Origin: a virus
Lineage: Duplodnaviria > Caudoviricetes
DNA: 30,050 nucleotides
IMG/VR virus record: IMGVR_UViG_3300011339_001211
Span: 1-30,050 of that record
Direction: 5' to 3' (one strand)
Made by a program: the position numbers and the translations under genes. Under the pieces are notes generated by a model that did no database searches, was not told where the DNA came from, and saw only the letters and a program-made list of their open reading frames with translations. Of this stretch, positions 8,857 to 16,113 are shown in pieces. Positions within the stretch are counted from its first letter, which is position 1. Every line of letters begins with the position of its first letter.

Positions 8857-10821
8857 TTAAGATGCTTTAACAAACACCGAAGATACATTAGTTTCTGACT
8901 TGGCGTGACTTATTAGATTTCTTACAAACTTGTCTCTTTGCTCTTCTGTCATAAGACTTAGTTGGTATAGCAATTCTATATTCATGTAGTTGCTAGTTCT
9001 GTTAGCTAAAGGTGCCGCTAAAAAGGATTTGGTAAATTCATCCTCTTTCATTTTGCTTTTTAGTAAAGAGATCTTTTTATATTTGTTATATAGATTTTTT
9101 ACTACTGTTTCGTCTGCGTCTTTACATGCAGCTAATACTTCTGTTTGTTCTGGTAAGAATTCTAAGTTACTTCCAGCTTGTACTAGCGCTCTATTTACAG
9201 ATCTACCTCCTATTTTACCTCCTGCAGCCTCTTTAGCTTTTATTTCACCTTGCCAACTTGTTACGTTTGAGAAGTTTCTAAACTGTACTTTACCGCCGGT
9301 GTAATTAATATATACATCTAAAGACTTAAAGAAATTTGTGTCTTTTGGTCCTAAACCTTCGAACTTTTCTGGTCTCTCTACTTGCTTAAGATTATACACT
9401 TCTATATTACACTCTCCTGTACACTTTTTAAGAGACACTCCTATAAGCTGTTTCGATTTAAACTTAGAGATCATCCACTTATTTAACTTTTGAATTTCAG
9501 TATTTACTGGTATTTCGTCGATAGCTAAATCGTTAGTCGCCATCCAAATGTCTGCAGGATTCCACTTATTAACGTTTATAGCGCCTTGCACGTACTTTAA
9601 ACAAGACTTAGCGGCTCTATCAACATCTGTAGCGATACCAGCACCTCTATAAAATTTAAAGTTGCCTGGATACTTCACGGCTAATCCGTTTGCAGTGCTT
9701 ATAAGAGACTTTCTCCAAGAAGGATCATTTTTTATAAAAGATACCATCTCTTCTAGAGAAGATGTAGTGTCTATTCTCTTGGTAGCCTTAGCGTAATTTT
9801 TATCGTTTAAATCTTTTTCAGATATTTCTGATCCTTTATTATATCTAACTGCGTTAACTAAACACTGAGCCGACTCTTGAAGAGCTGTTTTTGCAGCTCC
9901 TCCTCCAGATCCTGAACTGCTTTCTCCGTAGTGTCCGGTTACTGACTTCTTTGCTAAACTAACGTATTTTTTCGTGGATACTAGTTTACCTTCATCATTA
10001 ACTGTCATTACTTCGAAGTGATAAGGTCCTTTTGGATCTGAATATGCATCTTTTTTGCCACTTGGTATATCACTTATATTTTTGTAGACTATAGCACCCG
10101 ATAGTTTTAGTACAGATTTTACCTTTTCGTCTGTTTCAGGCTTCGCAGTATAATAAGGATTTGGTCCTTTTTTAGTTGTGTAATCCGGGGTTATTGTCAA
10201 TTCTGTAACTATTGATTTTGTTAATAGACCTTCTAAAATTCTTTTGTTTTCTGCCAACTCTTCTTCACCTCCTGCTTCTGCACCAGCTGTTACTTCTTCT
10301 TCACCTCCGGATGGTAATCCTCCAGTCGCTCCACCTTTTTCTGCCCAATCTCCTTCCATTCCAGTATTTTCTGAATCTCTTGTTCCTTCTTCTGCTCCTT
10401 CTGCTCCTTTGGTTTTCAAAGGAGTTCCGAATCTAAGAAGTCTTGCGATCGCCATCATGCACCTTTCTTTCTCACCGATTCCTGCTAAATAATACCTTTT
10501 TCCACTTATGATTGCTTCGTAAATGTTCTCTTTCATATAGGTCATGAAAAAGCTTTGTCCATTGTGCAACTGAATCTTGAAGGTAGTTGGCTTTGGCGCT
10601 ATGTAGAATATTGCGTCAACAAATTCTCTGAAATCTTTAGTCATGAGCTCAGTCATGATTTCATTCAAAGTACTGTACTTTTTTAGTATGAATCCCATAG
10701 GATCCTTTTCAAAAGCAGCATTCTTGGGTTTTTCCTTAACTTGTGTAGTCTCCGAATCCACAGTAACTGTTTCTTCGTCTGCTTCTAAGATCATCCTTTT
10801 TAAAATTTCTAAGTCTTTCAT
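8857..10821 (-). CDS. Two-domain protein with a C-terminal PD-(D/E)xK-like endonuclease domain (654 aa)
   Basis: TALQESAQC ... KWNPADIW ... LIGVSLKK fits a restriction-endonuclease-like PxD...SxK active site. A Gly/Glu-rich linker separates it from an N-terminal domain. Confidence 0.55.
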   Translation of the reverse strand: MKDLEILKRMILEADEETVTVDSETTQVKEKPKNAAFEKDPMGFILKKYSTLNEIMTELMTKDFREFVDAIFYIAPKPTTFKIQLHNGQSFFMTYMKENIYEAIISGKRYYLAGIGEKERCMMAIARLLRFGTPLKTKGAEGAEEGTRDSENTGMEGDWAEKGGATGGLPSGGEEEVTAGAEAGGEEELAENKRILEGLLTKSIVTELTITPDYTTKKGPNPYYTAKPETDEKVKSVLKLSGAIVYKNISDIPSGKKDAYSDPKGPYHFEVMTVNDEGKLVSTKKYVSLAKKSVTGHYGESSSGSGGGAAKTALQESAQCLVNAVRYNKGSEISEKDLNDKNYAKATKRIDTTSSLEEMVSFIKNDPSWRKSLISTANGLAVKYPGNFKFYRGAGIATDVDRAAKSCLKYVQGAINVNKWNPADIWMATNDLAIDEIPVNTEIQKLNKWMISKFKSKQLIGVSLKKCTGECNIEVYNLKQVERPEKFEGLGPKDTNFFKSLDVYINYTGGKVQFRNFSNVTSWQGEIKAKEAAGGKIGGRSVNRALVQAGSNLEFLPEQTEVLAACKDADETVVKNLYNKYKKISLLKSKMKEDEFTKSFLAAPLANRTSNYMNIELLYQLSLMTEEQRDKFVRNLISHAKSETNVSSVFVKAS

Positions 10822-10879
10822 CTTTTTTTATGCGAATCTACACATTTATCAGTAAGGTAAAAAAATATATCTTTGTGGT

Positions 10880-11479
10880 CTAGGCTAGCAAAGTATAGTA
10901 CTCTTTGAAATGCTTTATCCTGTCTGGCAATCCTATGGTTCCGCCGTTAACTCTTTTTGTAACTTCTGTCACTATAGCATCTGTTGCTCCTTTATCCGCG
11001 ATCTTGTGTAGTCCGTTCTTGTGAAAAAACCAAGCTGCAGAAAGCAATGGGTATTGCGTAGCTACTAAGTCCGGATTGTCTGTGATATTTTCAGCAACAA
11101 CCAAGTCAAAGGCTTTATAGTTATCTTTACCAGTAAGCTGAATGTAACCACGACCGCGATACTTGTAGCCTTCACCAGTGGCCTCAGGACCGTTGCCCAT
11201 ACGACCTCCGTAAACGAGATTAGCGATCTTTTCTGGTTTTCTTTCATACAAAGCTGCTTTTTCTGGCGTAGGAAAATACTTTTTAAATATACCCAATAAA
11301 CCTTTAGCTCCATAGTTTAAGTTCTCATTGACTGCTTTAAATCCTCCGGATTCGTGGCCGGCTTGAGCCAAGAAATGAGCTAATCTTAGTGGAGTGTTTA
11401 GTTCAAACTTTGCAATTGTGTCTGGAAGCTGAGCTATTACAGCATCAGGAATGTGTCCTTTTAGTTTATTTATGTCCAT
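10880..11479 (-). CDS. Endolysin, glycoside hydrolase family 19 (chitinase-like)
   Basis: AHFLAQAGHESGGF (catalytic Glu), YRGRGYIQLTGKDNY, SAAWFF, VTKRVNGG..GLPDR. Confidence 0.93.
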   Translation of the reverse strand: MDINKLKGHIPDAVIAQLPDTIAKFELNTPLRLAHFLAQAGHESGGFKAVNENLNYGAKGLLGIFKKYFPTPEKAALYERKPEKIANLVYGGRMGNGPEATGEGYKYRGRGYIQLTGKDNYKAFDLVVAENITDNPDLVATQYPLLSAAWFFHKNGLHKIADKGATDAIVTEVTKRVNGGTIGLPDRIKHFKEYYTLLA

Positions 11480-11888
11480 TTTTTATTATTTTTTCCATTA
11501 TTGATGTAAGTGAATCTTCTGTTTCTTGTTCTGGTTTTTCTTCTTGTCCGTACTCGTGATAGTTCTCAGCAGCTTGACTTATAAAGTTAGCTGCATTCGT
11601 GATGTGATCCTGAATCCACGCTGGAATATCTTTCTCATCGTTACCCAACTTAGCCTTGAGCTCCATTGCGTGCTTGATGATGGTCTCTATGCTGTTGTTA
11701 GCCATAGAAACTTCGTGATCCATTCCGTCTTCTTCTATTTTAGCGCCAGCTCTCAACTTTTCAAAGTCTCCAGCATCAATCTTATCAGCCGGTGGATCTA
11801 GTTTTGCGATCTTTTGTTGCTTAGGAGAAAGTTCTTTTTCTTCTATTTCTTGCAACAAAATACGTTGCCATTGTGAAATACTATTCAT
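11466..11888 (-). CDS. Hypothetical phage protein (140 aa), probable internal head protein
   Basis: N-terminal RILLQE; EF-hand-like DKIDAGDFEKLR; helical module DHEVSMA...IPAWIQDHIT. Confidence 0.55.
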   Translation of the reverse strand: MNSISQWQRILLQEIEEKELSPKQQKIAKLDPPADKIDAGDFEKLRAGAKIEEDGMDHEVSMANNSIETIIKHAMELKAKLGNDEKDIPAWIQDHITNAANFISQAAENYHEYGQEEKPEQETEDSLTSIMEKIIKNGHK

Positions 11889-12175
11889 TATTTTTTCTTT
11901 TTAGATTTGCTTGCTTTTTTCCATAAAGTCTTATCTGCTTTTCTAGCTCCGCCTTTACCAGTAACAAAAGAATTTACTCTTGCCATTGCCCATTGGTGTT
12001 GACCAACTCCTGGACGGTGGCCTGTTTTCCATGCTCCTAGACCTTTTGCGTAAACGCTTTTTAGTACAGTTTTTGATATACCAGTAGATTTTGCTTTGTT
12101 CGCTAAAGCTTTTTCTGTTTGAGGATCGTACTCAAAAATAAACATCTCTTTTAGTATATCTAGTAGATTTATCAT
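11888..12175 (-). CDS. Small basic protein, DUF5824-like
   Basis: VYAKGLGAWKTGHRPGVGQHQWAMARVNSF resembles a family I recall from large DNA viruses; N-terminal MINLLDILKE. Confidence 0.6.
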   Translation of the reverse strand: MINLLDILKEMFIFEYDPQTEKALANKAKSTGISKTVLKSVYAKGLGAWKTGHRPGVGQHQWAMARVNSFVTGKGGARKADKTLWKKASKSKKKK

Positions 12176-12182
12176 TGTTTTG

Positions 12183-12704
12183 TTATGCTTTTATTTCGCA
12201 TCTTTGTAGAAAATCTTTTGTATCAACCACAATTCCTTCTTTTTTGAAATCTTTAAGTCTATCTATCACCATTTTTTTACGATTGTCGATATCTTTGACT
12301 TGTTTAAGCATATCAACGATTCCGTCTATCATTTCTTTTTGATCTGATGTTTCTTCGTTTACGCTTTCTTTTTTACCAAATCTCTTTTCGTAAGCAGAAG
12401 TGGCAGCAGACTTTTTAGTCTTGTATTTCTTAGTCTTAGCTTTATCTGAGTAGTCAGCTTCCCACTTTCCATAAGCTGATGGATCGTCTGATTTTAACTT
12501 TTTTACTCGATTAATTTCTTTCTTCATTGCAGCGGCGTCCTTAGTTAAATACGCAGCTTTTACCTTCGCTTTTTTCTTTTCCTCTTTAACTCTTACGCAA
12601 TTGGGAACCATTCTATTCCCTTTCTTTTTTAGTCCTTTCTGTGAATATCCGTCCCAGCAGGCTTCTGATAATACTTGATCTAATATTTCTTCAAGACTGA
12701 TCAT
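12183..12704 (-). CDS. Hypothetical basic protein with CWDGY...MVPNCV module
   Basis: VLSE|ACWDGYSQKGLKKKGNRMVPNCV is a short two-Cys module I recall from T4-like phage proteins; Lys-rich middle. Confidence 0.6.
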   Translation of the reverse strand: MISLEEILDQVLSEACWDGYSQKGLKKKGNRMVPNCVRVKEEKKKAKVKAAYLTKDAAAMKKEINRVKKLKSDDPSAYGKWEADYSDKAKTKKYKTKKSAATSAYEKRFGKKESVNEETSDQKEMIDGIVDMLKQVKDIDNRKKMVIDRLKDFKKEGIVVDTKDFLQRCEIKA

Positions 12705-13471
12705 ATTGTATCTTTATTTATTTTTGTGTCTTTCTCAAACTTACTATAAGAAGCTTTATAAGACTTCTGCGTTTCGTCATTTACGTTTTTGGTATACTGC
12801 CAGTTCCAATACAGATCGTTGTTTGGTTTGAATCCGTAAAACTTGTGAACTTGTTTCTGTATATCTGTTACCACTTCTCCGTTCCAGTTTTGACCTGTGC
12901 AGATGAATCCTGTTTCTATATCTTTAATGATATTCGATTCACCTAGAGTGTGATGTCTATTTTCTAACCAAGTCAACCTTTCAATTAAGTTTTGGTAGTA
13001 CATGTTAGTCTGTCCCCATCTTATAGAACTAAAAAACACGACTGCGTCTGATTCGAGTAGCTCTTTTGATATTTTCCACAGTTCGTCTTTTGGGTTATTG
13101 TAACTTGCCCAACACCTATGTTGTCCGGAAGGATTTTTTTCCTTGTCTTTAAGTTTAGCTTTTGGCAATCCACAGCTGTTACCGTCTTTTCTTGATACGT
13201 TGCCTTCGCAGGCTACTATGTTAAGTTCAGGAACATCAATCAATATACACTTATCGCGCAATTGATCTTGTATATACATCGCAATCATTTTTGATTTCGG
13301 TATATCTATGTCTTTATCATCCCAATTGTATCTGTTAGAGCAACTTAGCAGCAAAATTTTGTCTTTTTTCTTAAGAACATCAATAGTTTTAGTTATTGCC
13401 TTCCAAGCATCAGATTGCATTTGCTCTTCGTGCAACATTATTTCTCTTACTATTTCAGTTAGACTTATCAT
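12701..13471 (-). CDS. Flavodoxin-fold protein (NADPH-dependent FMN reductase / iron-sulfur flavoprotein family)
   Basis: ILLLSCSNR phosphate loop, Cys cluster ACEGNVS...SCG...HRCWAS, ESDAVVFFSSIRWG, LIERL. Start moved to the ATG at 13471 (MISLTEIVRE), just after the upstream stop. Confidence 0.8.
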   Translation of the reverse strand: MISLTEIVREIMLHEEQMQSDAWKAITKTIDVLKKKDKILLLSCSNRYNWDDKDIDIPKSKMIAMYIQDQLRDKCILIDVPELNIVACEGNVSRKDGNSCGLPKAKLKDKEKNPSGQHRCWASYNNPKDELWKISKELLESDAVVFFSSIRWGQTNMYYQNLIERLTWLENRHHTLGESNIIKDIETGFICTGQNWNGEVVTDIQKQVHKFYGFKPNNDLYWNWQYTKNVNDETQKSYKASYSKFEKDTKINKDTI

Positions 13472-13472
13472 A

Positions 13473-13793
13473 TTACCATTTTCTACATGACCAATACCTT
13501 GCTTTCCAACGAGGTCCTGGATTAGTATCACATCTGTGTCTCGCTCTAAAACTTTTCCTTCTTGCAGGATTGTTCTTTTTTATCTTTACTCCTTTTTGTC
13601 CGAAGTTTACTTTAACTACGTTTCCTTTAGCGTTCTTAACGTAGACTTTAAATTTCTTAACATCACCAGCCATCGGCTTTCCCAACTGAACTTTGCGTCC
13701 TTTGTACTCGGCCTCTTGTAAAACGTTTACGTGTTCTAAGATATACTCTTTTAAACACTGAGGACAAAATTCTCCTTCGTGAAGTTCATGCAT
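13473..13793 (-). CDS. Small basic conserved phage protein (106 aa)
   Basis: LQE|AEYKGRKVQLGKP...VVKVNFG...PARRKSFRARHRC...ARYWSCRKW; N-terminal CPQC. Confidence 0.7.
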   Translation of the reverse strand: MHELHEGEFCPQCLKEYILEHVNVLQEAEYKGRKVQLGKPMAGDVKKFKVYVKNAKGNVVKVNFGQKGVKIKKNNPARRKSFRARHRCDTNPGPRWKARYWSCRKW

Positions 13794-14155
13794 TAGTGCA
13801 AGAATTTAAGTTTGTATTTAGTAGATTCAACCAGATTAACTACGTTGTCAATCTCGTTCTGAATGTAAGAGTCTTGTGGAACTTTAGTCCTTATCATATC
13901 TACAAACTTAGAAAGACCTTCGAAGTACATAAGAGCATTATCATCTTCTTTGATAATTCCTTCCATTTTGTATCCACGTAAGATACCATATTTTCCTTGA
14001 TAAGACTCAACAAGTCCGTCTATAAAAGGAATTATGCCTTCGTAATAAGCTTGCAAAGCCAAATGGGCTGCAAATGAGTTTGTCTGTAGGTGGTAAATGT
14101 GAGCCTGATTACGACTCTGCATTAGTGTTCCGATAAATAAGCCGTAAGGTTCCAT
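13793..14155 (-). CDS. Ferritin/Dps-like four-helix protein (DUF5856-like)
   Basis: AHIYHLQT.SFAAHLAL..YYE.....DGLVESYQG matches the Dps ferroxidase-type H...H...D...E spacing. Confidence 0.78.
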   Translation of the reverse strand: MEPYGLFIGTLMQSRNQAHIYHLQTNSFAAHLALQAYYEGIIPFIDGLVESYQGKYGILRGYKMEGIIKEDDNALMYFEGLSKFVDMIRTKVPQDSYIQNEIDNVVNLVESTKYKLKFLH

Positions 14156-15024
14156 TATTTTATTTTTTTAGATGCTAATTTAATATCTTTTTTTGATTTA
14201 TTATCCATGTAAGAACCGTCTCCCCACCAAGCAATTACTGAATCTGTGTCTGCTGTTGAATGAAAATTTGGTCCAGCATTAAATACATCTACATTTTGTA
14301 GATTTTTATTTGTACTTATTAACTGTTTAGCGAAAGTAAGTGCAGATTTGGGATCTTTAAACTTTTTGCTTTGTCTTACGCCATCTGAGAAGTGCACTTC
14401 ATAAGCTTCTTTAAGATCTTTTTTCTTGTCTTCTTCTTTCTTAATTTCTTTTTTAGAGTTTTCTATTTTCTCTAACTTAGTCATAAGATCGTCTATCTTA
14501 GTAGCTAATTGAGCAATAGTTTCTTTGTGAGCTCCTGATTCTTTAGGATTCTCTTTTATCATGCCTACGCACTCACTTCTTTTAGCTTCTAGTTCGTCGA
14601 TAGCTTTTTTTAGTCTACCAACTACCACTTCTTTTTTCTTTTCAAGCATTACAGCAGCATCTGTAAACTCTTTGCAAAGCTTTTCTGCCATTACCATAGC
14701 AGCTTTTTCGTCCAAATAAGCTCCGTATACTTGAGAAGCATCGATTCCTGCGCCGTTGATTCCCATCAAAGGATCAACTTTGTGTACCAATTTGTTTGCC
14801 GCGCATCCATCGTAAGGTCTCTGAACAGCATACATGTCTCCAACTTGATTGTCGAACCCTTGTCCAACATCAACGCCTTCATCTTTAGAAGCCATTTTGC
14901 TAAGCTCTTTTTCAGGAGTTTGTTTTGCGATCTTCGCGATTTTTTTACTTATTGGTTTAGCGCCTCTTTTTGCTGCTAGAGCTGCGCCAAATAATTTTCT
15001 TTGTGGTTCTGATACTGCTGGCAT
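14155..15024 (-). CDS. Modular protein with N-terminal DUF3008-like segment and coiled coil (289 aa)
   Basis: MPAVSEPQRKLFGAALAAKRG...EKELSKMAS; central coiled coil; DLKE|AYEV precedes a final small domain. Confidence 0.6.
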   Translation of the reverse strand: MPAVSEPQRKLFGAALAAKRGAKPISKKIAKIAKQTPEKELSKMASKDEGVDVGQGFDNQVGDMYAVQRPYDGCAANKLVHKVDPLMGINGAGIDASQVYGAYLDEKAAMVMAEKLCKEFTDAAVMLEKKKEVVVGRLKKAIDELEAKRSECVGMIKENPKESGAHKETIAQLATKIDDLMTKLEKIENSKKEIKKEEDKKKDLKEAYEVHFSDGVRQSKKFKDPKSALTFAKQLISTNKNLQNVDVFNAGPNFHSTADTDSVIAWWGDGSYMDNKSKKDIKLASKKIK

Positions 15025-15039
15025 TTATACTAATTTTTT

Positions 15040-15047
15040 ATAAATAT
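15040..15047 (-). promoter_or_regulatory. Putative late promoter motif ATATTTAT
   Basis: Intergenic, 15 nt upstream of the ATG at 15024, abutting the previous stop codon. Confidence 0.6.
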
Positions 15048-15617
15048 TTACAATTTTATGTTTCTCATCTCTTCGATCTTCTCTTTGATCTGTTCGTAAG
15101 CTTTTTTCTTGTCTCCTTGACTCCAATTTTCTTGTTGTCCAGCTTCTGTAAAGAACTGTTCTTTCTCATTATACCATGACTCTACTGCTTGTTCGAAATC
15201 TTTTAGACTAGAATTCTTATTAGCAGTAAGTTGGTCACTTCTATATTCACTCCACTTTCCTTGTACTCTAATATGATGCTCGGTCTCTATAACGCAATCG
15301 TAGCACATTCCTTGAACTGCGTACATTTGCTTATTAATATTCGTGGGCTTCATTGCTTTGCTACACTTAGGACACGATATAGGAAATACAGCAAGCCTTT
15401 TAAGCTTATCTGTTTTTGTTATATTTTGTCTTATTCCGTTTTTTATTGTCCAATTACGTCCTAACTCTTCCCAGATGTCTCCCTCTTTGCGGGATTCTAC
15501 CTTTTTTTCGTAACCTGTAAGTACTTGAGTCTTTTCTCCGGCCTTACCTGTGATTAGGTTTCTCATCCTAGTCACGTCTTTCTTTTTAAATTCTTTCTTT
15601 AGTTGACCTTGATTCAT
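15048..15617 (-). CDS. Hypothetical protein with C4 zinc finger
   Basis: CPKC ... CYDC pairs in a 189-aa ORF. Confidence 0.65.
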   Translation of the reverse strand: MNQGQLKKEFKKKDVTRMRNLITGKAGEKTQVLTGYEKKVESRKEGDIWEELGRNWTIKNGIRQNITKTDKLKRLAVFPISCPKCSKAMKPTNINKQMYAVQGMCYDCVIETEHHIRVQGKWSEYRSDQLTANKNSSLKDFEQAVESWYNEKEQFFTEAGQQENWSQGDKKKAYEQIKEKIEEMRNIKL

Positions 15618-15623
15618 AACGTA

Positions 15624-16109
15624 TTATTTTAATTCTATATATGCTAACTTAGCTTTAGATACTGCTTCCGCAAAAGACTTTTTTCCGTTTTCTAGTAAGT
15701 ATTCTTTTGGACTAATTCCAAAGTAGTGATCAAACTCTTTGTTAAAGCTTTCGTATATTACTTCGTTGTGTTGTCCGTATTCTCTAAGTAGTATTCCAGC
15801 TTGAGCATTAGCCTCGTTTTCTATTTCAGATCCAGTTTTACCTGAATCTGATTTTAATCTTCCTTCTTCGTTTTGTTTGTGATGAACCATTTCATGGCAA
15901 AGTGTTCTTAGAATGTCTGCCATATTCCTATTCTTAATATATACGAGGATCTCTGAAGTCTGAGGATTATACTGTCCAAAAGACCTCATCTGTCTGCTCC
16001 ACTTATTATCGTTTATGAAAAATACCTTAGGTAACTCTTCAAGTCCTAAAGAATCACTAGCAAATCTTATAAAATTTGTAGCTATCGCTAATTTTTCTTG
16101 ATCTTCCAT
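15624..16109 (-). CDS. Zincin-type metallopeptidase (HExxH; ImmA/IrrE/SprT-like)
   Basis: FGQY...ILRTLCHEMVHHKQ ... IENEANAQAG (downstream Glu as third ligand). Confidence 0.75.
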   Translation of the reverse strand: MEDQEKLAIATNFIRFASDSLGLEELPKVFFINDNKWSRQMRSFGQYNPQTSEILVYIKNRNMADILRTLCHEMVHHKQNEEGRLKSDSGKTGSEIENEANAQAGILLREYGQHNEVIYESFNKEFDHYFGISPKEYLLENGKKSFAEAVSKAKLAYIELK

Positions 16110-16113
16110 AATT

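Noticed and set aside
10868-10875. TATCTTTG on the plus strand as an antisense promoter into the endolysin gene
   Set aside because: A single degenerate 8-mer in AT-rich DNA without a -33 element; indistinguishable from chance without TSS data.
13472-13531. Longer N-terminus for the flavodoxin-like ORF; also the TTG start at 25460
   Set aside because: The first extension overlaps the upstream gene by 59 nt and the second spans the promoter motif; the ATGs at 13471 and 25487 fit the operon spacing.
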